Shown: piece by piece, positions 41,117 to 50,596 of the stretch
Layout: every line of letters begins with the position of its first letter
Position numbering within the stretch: the first letter of the stretch is position 1
Assembly: GCA_050014195.1 (NCBI GenBank)
Contig: JBEKDT010000004.1
Coordinates: forward strand, 1-64,000
Reading direction: 5' to 3'
Length of the DNA stretch: 64,000 bases
From: Desulfomonilia bacterium
GTDB taxonomy: Bacteria; Desulfobacterota; Desulfomonilia; UBA1062
Translations under genes and position numbers: made by a program
The notes under the pieces: model-generated
Told to the model about the DNA's origin: nothing
Database searches by the model: none
What the model saw: the letters and a program-made list of their open reading frames with translations, nothing else

Positions 41117-42568
41117 TTATGGCTCCTTCTTTAAAGGGAGGGTAATCTCGATCCTGACACCCCCGAGAGATGAAGAGAAGGCCTTGATCTCTCCATTGAA
41201 CATCTCCACAATGCTCTTGCAGATTGCCAGGCCTAACCCTGTGCCCCCTCCCCTGCGGGAGCGCGACTGGTCAACCCGGTAGAGCCTGTCGAAGATTCTG
41301 TCGAGTGATTCATCGGGCACGCCGGGCTTCGAGTCCTCAAAATTGATGCGGATCCGGGTGTCCGTATGTGCGTGCCAAATCTTGAGCCTCCCCGGAGGAT
41401 CGGTATATCTCAGGGTGTTCTCGAGTATATTGGAAAACAACTGAAACAGTCTGTCTCGATCGGCCATGAGGGTTATATCCGGCTCAAGACTGCGATCGAG
41501 CTCGATCGTGATGTCCCCTTGATAGAAACGGGGCTCGAAAACCTTAACGGCCTCCTTAAGGATTTTCAACACCTCTACGGGCTCGTGTTTCACGGTGAGG
41601 CTTCCGGAATCCGCCAATGACAACTCGTGGAGGTCATCAACCATGGAGCTCATATGCATGATTTCCGTATGCAGGGAATCCAGCGTTTCTCTGCCCGCCT
41701 GCCTGATCCCGTCCTGTATGGCTTCGATCTCCCCCCGCAGGATGGCCAGGGGTGTCCGGAGTTCGTGGGAGATATCCGAGATCCACTGACGGCGCATGTG
41801 CTCATAGCGCTCCAAGGTCTGCGCCATGGCATTGAAATCATCAGCGAGCTGTCCGAGCTCATCTTTGGTGTCAACGGTTATCCGGGTATCGAACTTCCGC
41901 AGCGTCAACGCATGCGCACCCTTCGTAAGCGCTGTGACCGGGCGCAGGAGATGCCTTGAGAGAAGATAGGAGACAAGGGCAGCCAGGGCCAGGGCAGCGC
42001 ACCCGATGGCAAGGAATGCATTGCTCTGCTGATAGAGAAAGCCCAGCTCCAATGGGTTCGTCATGACCCTCCGCCTTGTCAGGGCGATCCATCCGACGAT
42101 CTTTCCGCCCACTTTTATCTCTTTAAGGATGGGATTCTCATGTGATACATCCCTTCCTGCCACAAGATGCATATGATCATCGAAGATCGATATCCTGTGT
42201 TCCATGTGGGGAACGGGAGGAGGTGGAAAATCATCCCTCTCTGGATGAAAACCCTCTCGATTGTCATTCATAGGGGGTCTGTCCGGTATATCTTCCGGCA
42301 TTTGAGGACCATGTTCCGGAAAATCGGGATGGAGCATCTCCTGGAAAATCCTTGGATCTTCCTTGATGAATTCCCATCCATGATGTTCTTGGTATGTGCC
42401 CGCCAATATTGAGACAAGCTCGTTGAGCCGTTCTTCTTCCACCTTGCCCAGAAAATCCTCAAAATTGTGTTTCACGAAATACCCCATGATGACGGTCATG
42501 AGGACAATGACGAAAAGGTTCGTAAAGAGAAATGCAAGGAAGATCTTATATGCAAGCCTGATCCTCAT
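41117..42568 (-). CDS. baeS: Sensor histidine kinase (BaeS-like)
   Basis: 2 TM, HAMP (DELGQLADDFN), DISHELRTPL, NILEN..RYTD, GGTGLGLAI. Confidence 0.88.
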   Translation of the reverse strand: MRIRLAYKIFLAFLFTNLFVIVLMTVIMGYFVKHNFEDFLGKVEEERLNELVSILAGTYQEHHGWEFIKEDPRIFQEMLHPDFPEHGPQMPEDIPDRPPMNDNREGFHPERDDFPPPPVPHMEHRISIFDDHMHLVAGRDVSHENPILKEIKVGGKIVGWIALTRRRVMTNPLELGFLYQQSNAFLAIGCAALALAALVSYLLSRHLLRPVTALTKGAHALTLRKFDTRITVDTKDELGQLADDFNAMAQTLERYEHMRRQWISDISHELRTPLAILRGEIEAIQDGIRQAGRETLDSLHTEIMHMSSMVDDLHELSLADSGSLTVKHEPVEVLKILKEAVKVFEPRFYQGDITIELDRSLEPDITLMADRDRLFQLFSNILENTLRYTDPPGRLKIWHAHTDTRIRINFEDSKPGVPDESLDRIFDRLYRVDQSRSRRGGGTGLGLAICKSIVEMFNGEIKAFSSSLGGVRIEITLPLKKEP

Positions 42569-42674
42569 CTCATGCTCCGCCTCCGGTATATCTTCCCCAA
42601 AAAACGCACTCTCATGGTAGATAGTAGTAGTATACGTTCATCCGCATTTCAAACCATTTTGAGAATTTACACAG

Positions 42675-42706
42675 TCTTCACATCCTTTCTCCTTATTTTC
42701 TCCACA
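42675..42706 (+). promoter_or_regulatory. Candidate BaeR-type boxes upstream of the efflux operon
   Basis: TCTTCACA, TCTCCTTA, TCTCCACA; the last two are at 11-nt phase. Confidence 0.6.
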
Positions 42707-42727
42707 ATTTGCTGATAGCTATCCGGC

Positions 42728-43045
42728 ATGAATTCCAAAAAGACGGTTCTCTTGGCGGGCTACGCTCAGATGATCGCCACCGACCTAGCAGGATGCATCG
42801 AAAATGAGGGGTATGAATTCCTGCATGAGGACAACATCTCTGAAGTCTGTTCCATAATAACAAGCCGATCACCGCATCTTGTGATTCTGGAGATCTCATT
42901 AACCGACAGGACCGGATTTGATCTGTGCCAAAAAATTCGAGAATGGGGAAACATCCTTGCATACATATCTGAGAATCACGGCTATGTTCGTGTTTCTGAT
43001 ACCTTTCGGGTGTGCCGCCATAGGACCCGATTATATCAGGCCTGA
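42728..43045 (+). pseudogene. Degenerate half receiver domain overlapping the efflux gene start
   Basis: TVLLAG...ENEGYE...PHLVILEISL.DRTGFDLCQKIRE resembles a receiver N-half, with Glu at the phospho-Asp position; similarity then stops. Confidence 0.55.
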
Positions 43046-44429
43046 TTTCACAACATCCTCGACGTGGCACACACAGCTTACGGATGGCCTTATAAACCGA
43101 CCGGCAGACGCTGAGAGGCTTGCACAGTGGTGGGATACATTGGGCGACAGTGAATTGACGAGCCTTATCAGCCGCGCTGTTCAGAATAATCTTGACGTCA
43201 AGCAGGCAATATCGCGCATCCGCCAGGCCCGGGCCCAGCGCTTAATTTACAAGGCCGGCCTTTTTCCGAGCGTGGACGCATCGGCCTCGACAACAAGGAG
43301 CAGCGGCAGTGAAAACATGGGGCTGGCAGGCACCAGCACCTTATATTCAGCCGGATTCGATGCGCTCTGGGAGATCGATCTGTTCGGCGGGGTACGGCGC
43401 TCGGTGGAGGCTGCTGATGCAGACCTCCGGGCGAGTATAGAGGACCTCAACGATGTGAACGTCTCCCTGGCAGCCGAGGTTGCAACCAACTATATCGAGC
43501 TGCGCACCTACCAGTCACGCCTGATGGTAGCCGAGACGAACCTGAAAGATCAGGAAGACACCTATAACCTGACAAGTCAACGGAAGCAGGCAGGGCTCGC
43601 TGATGAGCTTGATGTAGTGCAAGCCAGGGCCAGCCTGGAAAGCACCCGTTCCGGCATACCGTTACTACGCTCCAGCATAGAGGAATCAAAAAACAGGCTT
43701 GCAGTACTCCTTGGCGCCCGGCCGGGGACACTGCATAAGGAGCTCGATGAACCGAAACCTATCCCGCTGGTGCCCGGGCAGATTGTGGTTGGGGTTCCTG
43801 CCGATGTCCTCAGGCAGCGCCCTGACATCAGGAAGGCAGAGCAAGAGCTCATTGCCCAAACTGCACGTGTCGGTGTGGCTACGGCAGATCTCTATCCCAA
43901 GCTCAATCTGAGCGGTACGATCGGACTTGAAGCCATGAACTCAGGCAGCCTGTTGAGCGGAGGAGCGCGGAATTACAGCTTTGGTCCCGGCATCTCCTGG
44001 TCCATATTCGATGCAGGCGCCATCAGGCAGAACATCGAGGTATCCTCGGCCAAGCAGGAACAGGCACTGCAAAGTTATGAATCCGCCGTACTGAGCGCCC
44101 TTGAAGAGGTGGAGAACAGGCTTACTGCCTATGTCGAGGAACAGCACCGCCGAGACGCGCTCTCAGAAGGGGCTGAGGCCTCCCAGCAGGCCTTTGACCT
44201 GGCAAAGATCAAATACATATCAGGTCTCACGGACTTTTCAACCCTGCTCGATGCCGAGCGTTCGCTGCTCACGTTGCAGGATGAGCTCTCAACAAGCAAC
44301 GGCAAGGTCACATCCAACCTGGTGAGCCTGTACAAGGCCCTGGGCGGCGGCTGGTCGCCGCAGGTTAACAACAAGAAAACGGATTCGCCGTCAACCGGAG
44401 AGGCTCCCTTTCCTTATCAAAATAATTAA
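42957..44429 (+). CDS. NodT/TolC-family outer membrane efflux lipoprotein
   Basis: Probable TTG start at 42957 giving MHTYLRITAMFVFLIPFG-C; GPDY, WEIDLFG, RPDIRKAE, LYKALGGGW. Confidence 0.9.
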   Translation: MHTYLRITAMFVFLIPFGCAAIGPDYIRPDFTTSSTWHTQLTDGLINRPADAERLAQWWDTLGDSELTSLISRAVQNNLDVKQAISRIRQARAQRLIYKAGLFPSVDASASTTRSSGSENMGLAGTSTLYSAGFDALWEIDLFGGVRRSVEAADADLRASIEDLNDVNVSLAAEVATNYIELRTYQSRLMVAETNLKDQEDTYNLTSQRKQAGLADELDVVQARASLESTRSGIPLLRSSIEESKNRLAVLLGARPGTLHKELDEPKPIPLVPGQIVVGVPADVLRQRPDIRKAEQELIAQTARVGVATADLYPKLNLSGTIGLEAMNSGSLLSGGARNYSFGPGISWSIFDAGAIRQNIEVSSAKQEQALQSYESAVLSALEEVENRLTAYVEEQHRRDALSEGAEASQQAFDLAKIKYISGLTDFSTLLDAERSLLTLQDELSTSNGKVTSNLVSLYKALGGGWSPQVNNKKTDSPSTGEAPFPYQNN

Positions 44430-44462
44430 TGATTGATAGCAGATTTGCATGAGGTGAAGACA

Positions 44463-45755
44463 ATGTCGAATTTCGATGATGATATCGTGAAGACCATTGG
44501 CATGGATGGATCTTCAAAACCCGGGAAGTCCTTGAAACGCGCCCTCATCTTGGGCGTAGTGGCTGTCCTTGTCCTTGCCTTCGGGGTTGTCTGGTTCTCC
44601 AGGGACAAGGCACAGACCTACGAGTATAAGACCCAGGAGGCGAAGAGGGGAGATCTCACGGTTACGGTGAGCGCCACCGGCAACCTTTCTCCCATCAACC
44701 AGGTGGATGTGGGCAGCGAGTTGTCCGGCATCATCAGGTCAGTGGAGGCTAATTACAACGACCATGTAAAGAAAGGCCGGGTCCTGGCACGACTCGATAC
44801 GGACAAGCTCCAGGCAGAGGTCTTGCAGTTCCGGGCAAGTCTGAAATCGGCTCAAGCAAAGGTCCTCCATGCCCGCGCCACCCTTAAAGAGAGCAGTAAC
44901 GCCCTGGAACGCCTGAAGAAGGCCTATGAGCTCAGTAACGGCAAGGTGCCGTCAAAAAATGACCTGGACACTGCCGAGGCGACCTTCGAGCGCGCCCAGG
45001 CCGATGTAGCAAGCACTGAGGCCCAGGTGGCCCAGGCCGAGGCGACGCTCAAGGTCGATGAGGCGGATCTCGGTAAGGCCATCATCCGCTCGCCCATCGA
45101 TGGTATCGTACTCACACGAAGCTGTGAACCCGGCCAGACCGTGGCCGCTTCCCTTGAGGCACCGGTGCTTTTCACCCTGGCCGAAGATCTCACACGCATG
45201 GAACTCCTGGTGGGAGTGGACGAGGCCGACGTTGGATCCGTGAAGGCAGGGCAGGAAGCCACCTTCACCGTGGGTGCATATCCGAACAGGCAATTCAAGT
45301 CCGTTCTCACCCAGGTGCGGTTCGGCTCCACGACCTCATCAAACGTGGTTACATACAAGACCGTGCTCCGTGTCGACAATTCCGACCTCTTGCTGCGTCC
45401 CGGCATGACCGCCACGGCCGACATCGTGGTCCGGGAAGTCAAGGATGCCATGCTGGTGCCGAACTCGGCCCTGCGCTTCAGCCCTCCTCAACAGGAGTCG
45501 GACTCGAATGCAGACTCTTCCGGAGGAGGCGTCCTCATGAAGATCCTCCCCCACCCTCCGCGGATGCCCTCGAAGAACCAGAGCGAAGGTGTGGACAAGA
45601 ACAGACAGAAGGTATGGACGCTGAGGAACAAACAGCCTGTTCCCATCCTGATTACCACAGGGGCGTCAGACGGCTCCATGACAGAGGTAGTAAAGGGTGA
45701 CATAGTACCCGGCACGGCTTTGATCGTGGATGCAGTGAGTAAAAAGGGGTCGTAA
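44463..45755 (+). CDS. MacA-type periplasmic adaptor
   Basis: TM anchor, VGSELSG, IRSPIDG, GQTVAASL, LRPGMTA, LVPNSAL. Confidence 0.9.
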   Translation: MSNFDDDIVKTIGMDGSSKPGKSLKRALILGVVAVLVLAFGVVWFSRDKAQTYEYKTQEAKRGDLTVTVSATGNLSPINQVDVGSELSGIIRSVEANYNDHVKKGRVLARLDTDKLQAEVLQFRASLKSAQAKVLHARATLKESSNALERLKKAYELSNGKVPSKNDLDTAEATFERAQADVASTEAQVAQAEATLKVDEADLGKAIIRSPIDGIVLTRSCEPGQTVAASLEAPVLFTLAEDLTRMELLVGVDEADVGSVKAGQEATFTVGAYPNRQFKSVLTQVRFGSTTSSNVVTYKTVLRVDNSDLLLRPGMTATADIVVREVKDAMLVPNSALRFSPPQQESDSNADSSGGGVLMKILPHPPRMPSKNQSEGVDKNRQKVWTLRNKQPVPILITTGASDGSMTEVVKGDIVPGTALIVDAVSKKGS

Positions 45756-46486
45756 TGAATAATACCATGCCCGGAACCGTCGGGGACAAACACCTCCTCG
45801 TTCTGAACAACATCAGCAAGGTATACGGCAGCGGCAGTGCGGCGGTCCATGCACTACGGGACATCGATCTCACTATCGAGCGCGGTGAGTTCATGGCCAT
45901 CATGGGCCCGAGCGGATCGGGCAAGTCTACATGCATGAATATTTTGGGGTGTCTTGATACACCCACATCCGGAACCTATCTGTTCAGAGGCGTTGACATA
46001 GGGTCGCTGACCCGCGACCAGCGGGCACTGCTCCGCCGCAACTACCTGGGTTTCATCTTCCAGGGGTTCAACCTCCTGAACCGCACATCCGCCCTGGAAA
46101 ACGTGGAACTCCCCCTGATCTACCGCGGCGTTAGCGTGCGTGAGCGCCGGGCAAAGGCCGGGAAGGCCCTTGATCTGGTCGGTCTGACCGGATGGGAGCA
46201 CCACAGCCCGGGAGAGCTCTCGGGAGGGCAGCAGCAGCGCGTGGCCATAGCCCGGGCCATGGTCATCGAGCCGGCCTTCCTCATGGCGGATGAGCCCACA
46301 GGAAACCTTGATTCCTTAACCAGCCGTGAGATCATGAACCTGCTCAGAGAGTTCAACCGCGATCTCGGCATCACCGTACTCATGGTGACCCATGACAAGA
46401 CCATGGCAGGTTATGCCGGGCGCACCATAAATTTCTTCGACGGCCTGATAGAAACAGTGGAGTTTGGCGGGGGTAAATCCGCATGA
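45755..46486 (+). CDS. MacB/LolD-type ABC ATP-binding protein
   Basis: [39 protein letters not shown]. Confidence 0.92.
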   Translation: MNNTMPGTVGDKHLLVLNNISKVYGSGSAAVHALRDIDLTIERGEFMAIMGPSGSGKSTCMNILGCLDTPTSGTYLFRGVDIGSLTRDQRALLRRNYLGFIFQGFNLLNRTSALENVELPLIYRGVSVRERRAKAGKALDLVGLTGWEHHSPGELSGGQQQRVAIARAMVIEPAFLMADEPTGNLDSLTSREIMNLLREFNRDLGITVLMVTHDKTMAGYAGRTINFFDGLIETVEFGGGKSA

Positions 46487-47694
46487 TCTGGGAGACGTTC
46501 CTGCTCGCCTTCAGGGCCATCCGCCGCAACATCCTGCGCTCGTCGCTGACCATCTTGGGCATCGTTATCGGGGTCGCAGCGGTCATCACCATGGTGACCC
46601 TGGGCAGCGGTGCCACGGCCCAGGTGACCTCCCAGATCGGTGCATTAGGCAGCAATATGCTCCATGTAAGACCGGGCCAGGGATTCATGGGCCCGGGAGG
46701 CGCGCGCTCCGAGGCCCCCTTATTCAAGATGGGAGATGCCGATGCCATTGCCCATGAGATCTCAGGGGTTGCGGCCGTAGCACCCTTCGACTCCCAGTCC
46801 ACGCAGGCCATCAACGGCAATGAGAACTGGTCCACCTCTGTTACGGGCAGTACTGCTGATTATCTCAAGGTACGGAACTGGCCCCTTACCCAAGGCCGGA
46901 CATTTACCGAGAGTGAACAGCATTCGGGCAAGGCGGTCTGCATCATCGGTTCTACGGTGAAGAAAAAGCTTTTCGGCGCCCAGAACCCCATCGGCTGCTT
47001 CATCCGTCTCGACAAGCTTTCCGTTCAGGTCATCGGTGTCCTTGCATCCAAAGGCGCCTCGGGCTTCGGCATGGATGAGGACGACTTTCTGCTCATTCCC
47101 ATTCCCACCTTCCAGCGCCGTGTAGCCGGCAGCACCGATGTCGGCTCCATCCTCGTCTCCGCTCGTGACGGTTTCTCCACGGATAAGGTCAAGAAGGACA
47201 TAGAACGGCTCATGCGGGAACGAAGGCGAGTTCCATCAGCCAAGGAAAATAATTTTCATGTGGACGATATGAAGGAGATTATGAGCACCATGACGAATAC
47301 CACACGCATCCTCACCGCCTTGCTCGGTGCTGTAGCCGCAGTGAGCCTGCTGGTGGGGGGAATAGGCATCATGAACATCATGCTCGTATCGGTAACCGAG
47401 AGGACGCGTGAGATAGGCATCCGGCTCGCCATCGGAGCCCTTGAGCGCGAGGTGCTCATGCAGTTTCTTGTGGAGGCGGTTGTGCTTTCACTCTTCGGCG
47501 GGCTTTTCGGCATCATCCTGGGGCTTTGTGCAGCGGCCATTGGCGCGTTTATGATGAGCATGCCGTTCATCTTCAACCCCGGGATCGTAGCAGTAGCCTT
47601 CCTGTTTTCAGGCTCAGTCGGCGTCGTCTTCGGATATTTCCCTGCCCGCAAGGCTGCCCGTCTTGATCCCATAGAGGCCTTGCGCCATGAGTAG
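46483..47694 (+). CDS. MacB-type ABC permease
   Basis: RSSLTILGIVIGV, SLLVGGIGIMNIMLVSVTERTREIG, PARKAARLDPIEALR. Confidence 0.92.
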   Translation: MIWETFLLAFRAIRRNILRSSLTILGIVIGVAAVITMVTLGSGATAQVTSQIGALGSNMLHVRPGQGFMGPGGARSEAPLFKMGDADAIAHEISGVAAVAPFDSQSTQAINGNENWSTSVTGSTADYLKVRNWPLTQGRTFTESEQHSGKAVCIIGSTVKKKLFGAQNPIGCFIRLDKLSVQVIGVLASKGASGFGMDEDDFLLIPIPTFQRRVAGSTDVGSILVSARDGFSTDKVKKDIERLMRERRRVPSAKENNFHVDDMKEIMSTMTNTTRILTALLGAVAAVSLLVGGIGIMNIMLVSVTERTREIGIRLAIGALEREVLMQFLVEAVVLSLFGGLFGIILGLCAAAIGAFMMSMPFIFNPGIVAVAFLFSGSVGVVFGYFPARKAARLDPIEALRHE

Positions 47695-47720
47695 ATAACC
47701 GTGTCAGGATCAACATCGAA

Positions 47721-47852
47721 GCACAGGGCATACTACCCGGAAAAGTAAAATCCCACAATCTTCCCATAGTGTCTTCACATTTTCTCCACAAACAACTGAT
47801 ATATTCCCGTCATGATCAGGAAAGAGGATACGAAGCGGGTATAAGATCCATG
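47721..47852 (+). promoter_or_regulatory. Promoter block with four 11-bp-phased BaeR-type boxes, duplicated at 50597-50729
   Basis: ATCCCACA/TTCCCATA/TCTTCACA/TCTCCACA at 47750, 47761, 47772, 47783; the block ends AAGATCC-ATG. Confidence 0.7.
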
Positions 47853-48015
47853 CATGAACAGAACGGAAATTTGAGAGCATCAACCTCCTCCCCTCCAACC
47901 CTGCATGGGCGGGAATCCGGGAAATATCGCCACTCCCGGGTTCCCGCTGCTCATCTAAGGGGTACGGACTGTCGTTGTCATGAACCGTATGCAAACAAAT
48001 GAAAGGGGCATCTCT

Positions 48016-48453
48016 ATGAAAAGAATGGTATGGTTATTCTCGGTAATTGTAGCTCTTTGCATTGCCGGATGTAACTCCGCGGAATCGGATACCGACTCTA
48101 CCTATAAAGATATGACCTCGAAATATACGTTATTGACAATAGCAGAGCTATGGACGGCACTGGATGACAGTAACTCGGATTATAATGGGACATACATCCT
48201 CGTAAAAGGCGTGCTCCACAGTGTCGGTACCAATTCGGTCATATTGATAGACGCCGATACCAAGAAGGCCGTAACCTGCACATTTGAGACCAGCATTGAT
48301 CTTACCGATCTCTCGGATGCTCTCGCTAATAACTCCAGCACCAGCGATGAGGACATCGTGACTGTCGGCGGGGATTGTTATTACTACACGGATACCAGCA
48401 GCTACCCATATCTCGAAAGCTGTGATTACTTCTATATCAATAAAGACGCTTGA
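48016..48453 (+). CDS. Lipoprotein, probable OB-fold (tRNA_anti-like)
   Basis: MKRMVWLFSVIVALCIAG-C lipobox; Y.GTYILVKG.L ... VTCTF ... IVTVGGDC. Confidence 0.75.
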   Translation: MKRMVWLFSVIVALCIAGCNSAESDTDSTYKDMTSKYTLLTIAELWTALDDSNSDYNGTYILVKGVLHSVGTNSVILIDADTKKAVTCTFETSIDLTDLSDALANNSSTSDEDIVTVGGDCYYYTDTSSYPYLESCDYFYINKDA

Positions 48454-48534
48454 TTCGGCAACAAGAGGGTGAATATCCGACTCTCCATGAATCACCGGGC
48501 ATAATAATCTTGGTCTTATTCAGAGGTCATTGAC

Positions 48535-48699
48535 ATGATGATACTCCTGATCCTGATATGTGCCTCTCTCCTGTTCTGGGTGATTCTTGGTCTGTTTCTC
48601 CTTTGCAGGGACAAGCTCTCCACAGATCTCCGGCGAGACCGGACCAAGGGGGTAAAAATTGCCTATGGGAAGGGTAATCGTTTCCATAACGTTTTATAG
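48535..48699 (+). CDS. Putative small single-TM protein (54 aa)
   Basis: MMILLILICASLLFWVILGLFLLCRDKLSTDLRRDRTKGVKIAYGKGNRFHNVL; GAGG SD. Confidence 0.5.
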   Translation: MMILLILICASLLFWVILGLFLLCRDKLSTDLRRDRTKGVKIAYGKGNRFHNVL

Positions 48700-48791
48700 A
48701 AAACGCGCAGAGCGATATCCGGGACTATGAATAATCTTGATGATTAATAAGTTACTCGTCAATGAATTCACCAGTGAAAGGTATGGAGATA

Positions 48792-48992
48792 ATGAAGAGA
48801 CGTAAGAGATATACCGGTGACTTCAAGGCACAGGTGGTGACTGAATATATCAAGGGTGAAAAAACATTGGATGAAATTGCAGTTGAGCACAGTGTCCACC
48901 CCAACCAGATCAAGAATTGGAAATCCCTCCTGTTTAAGCGTGCCCACGAGGTGCTCGATGACAGGAGATCGCAGACCGACCAGGATCTCTAG
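48792..48992 (+). CDS. IS3-family OrfA-like helix-turn-helix protein, orphan
   Basis: RRKRYTGDFKAQVV ... TLDEIAVEHSVHPNQIKNWK; no OrfB/DDE region follows. Confidence 0.75.
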   Translation: MKRRKRYTGDFKAQVVTEYIKGEKTLDEIAVEHSVHPNQIKNWKSLLFKRAHEVLDDRRSQTDQDL

Positions 48993-49048
48993 ATAAGTAA
49001 CTTACATAATCTTATAAACCGATTTGTAGACTGCTTCTCCGCTACTAT

Positions 49049-49063
49049 TGGCATGAATCTGGC
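49049..49063 (+). promoter_or_regulatory. Candidate sigma54 promoter
   Basis: TGGCATGAATCTGGC has GG-N10-GC spacing, 60 nt upstream of the EF-hand gene. Confidence 0.5.
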
Positions 49064-49122
49064 CAGTCTTCTCACGGACAGACTTCGCGAAGGTTTGTAC
49101 CAACTAAACAAGGAGGAATAGT

Positions 49123-50184
49123 ATGGTTAGCGGGATAAGTAGTTCCAACAGTTACATGAACTATATGCTGTTCGAAGCCCTTGATACCGACGGCAGCGGC
49201 GGTATCTCCCAATCGGAGCTGGATACCTGGGCCAAGAAGATGTCCAGTGTGACCGGCACAACCATCGACACCACCAATGCCGTATCCACCTACGGCACCG
49301 ACGGGGTGCTGAGCGCCGATGAATTGAATTCCTTCATGGAATCAACCATGCAGCAGGGTATGGGGTTTGCAGGCATACCACCTGCCTCTCAGGATTCATC
49401 GGACAGTTCTGGGTCCACGGATCTGTTCAATGCCATCACCGGCGGCAGCAGCCAGATGACACAGGCACAGCTGGATACATGGGCAACGGATATGTCCAAG
49501 GCGACCGGCCAAACCATTGATACCACCAATGCCATCTCCACCTACGACACCAACGGTGACGGGACACTGAGCGCCTCGGAGTTCCAGTCATTCCTGAATG
49601 CCAGCGGCATACAGCCGCCTACCTCTCAGGATTCATCGAACAGTTCTGCGTCAACGGATCTGTTCAATGCCATCACCGGCGGCAGCAGCCAGATGACACA
49701 GGCACAGCTGGATACCTGGGCATCGGATATGTCTCAGGCGACCGGCCAAACCATTGATACCACCAATGCCATCTCCACCTACGACACCAACGGTGACGGG
49801 ACACTGAGCTCCTCGGAGTTTCAGTCGTTCCTTGATGCAAACGGCATATCGGCCCCGCAAAACTTCGGGATGGCACCTCCGCCGCCACCGCCTCCGTCCT
49901 CGGGATCATCCGAGACGAGCAGCTCCACGACAAGCTCCACATCCAGTGCCGACAGTATCATCTCCAAGTATGATACCAACGGCGACGGTGTACTGAGCGC
50001 CTCGGAACTGCAGGCGTATCTTGACGATAACAGTTCGACATCATCGACAACGTCGTCAAGCCTTGTTGAGCAGGCGCTGTCTGCGTATCTGATGAATATG
50101 GGGCTGTCTTCGAGTTCGATGGGGCTTTATATGAACTCCTCTCTCTATGGGAGTGCTTACTCATCTGTTGATTACTTGGCATAA
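49123..50184 (+). CDS. Ser/Thr-rich multi-EF-hand protein with an internal 237-bp duplication
   Basis: DTDGSGGISQSE, DTNGDGTLSASE, DTNGDGTLSSSE and DTNGDGVLSASE loops; duplicated 79-aa unit; poly-Pro; no Sec signal. Confidence 0.88.
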   Translation: MVSGISSSNSYMNYMLFEALDTDGSGGISQSELDTWAKKMSSVTGTTIDTTNAVSTYGTDGVLSADELNSFMESTMQQGMGFAGIPPASQDSSDSSGSTDLFNAITGGSSQMTQAQLDTWATDMSKATGQTIDTTNAISTYDTNGDGTLSASEFQSFLNASGIQPPTSQDSSNSSASTDLFNAITGGSSQMTQAQLDTWASDMSQATGQTIDTTNAISTYDTNGDGTLSSSEFQSFLDANGISAPQNFGMAPPPPPPPSSGSSETSSSTTSSTSSADSIISKYDTNGDGVLSASELQAYLDDNSSTSSTTSSSLVEQALSAYLMNMGLSSSSMGLYMNSSLYGSAYSSVDYLA

Positions 50185-50201
50185 CGCCCATACCTGTTAT
50201 G

Positions 50202-50240
50202 ACGGGGTTTCGGCTCTGCATGGGGCCGGACTCCGTTTTT
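50202..50240 (+). terminator. Intrinsic terminator after the EF-hand gene
   Basis: ACGGGGTTTCGGCTC ... GGGGCCGGACTCCGT-TTTT. Confidence 0.7.
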
Positions 50241-50242
50241 GA

Positions 50243-50458
50243 AAAAATGAAATACTCCCTTACTTTGAGGTGAGCGACATCAAGGAAAAGATAAACGGCG
50301 TGTGCCGCGATCCCAATGACGACATGTTCCTTGCCGTTGCCGTCAATGCCAAGGCAGCCTTTCTTGTGACCGGCGACAAGGATTTGCTGGAGTTGCGGAA
50401 ATACAAATCAATAAAAATCGTATCTCCTCAAAAGTATCTGGCACTCCTTAAAGATTGA
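50243..50458 (+). pseudogene. C-terminal remnant of a PIN-domain toxin
   Basis: EILPYFEVSDIKEKINGVCRDPNDDMFL...LVTGDKDLL aligns with the 3' half of 62972-63382; the N-terminal half and the antitoxin are absent. Confidence 0.85.
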
Positions 50459-50596
50459 AACAGGAGAGAGCGGATTTCAAACTAACTCTTAAAAACAAAG
50501 CTAAGCACCTTCCCTTTTCTCACTCAAGTTTTATCTTGCAAATAAATTAGTATGGTGTCCCCGGATTACGCGCTTTCTGAACCATGCTCTTTTCCC

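Noticed and set aside
42926-42940. Programmed frameshift at CCAAAAAATT fusing the receiver stub to the outer-membrane factor
   Set aside because: A fusion would bury the lipoprotein signal peptide, and an independent TTG start with a GGGGA SD exists at 42957.
47850-48002. 50-codon ORF after the duplicated promoter
   Set aside because: No recognisable features and a weaker SD than the other copy; treated as a remnant, not called as a CDS.
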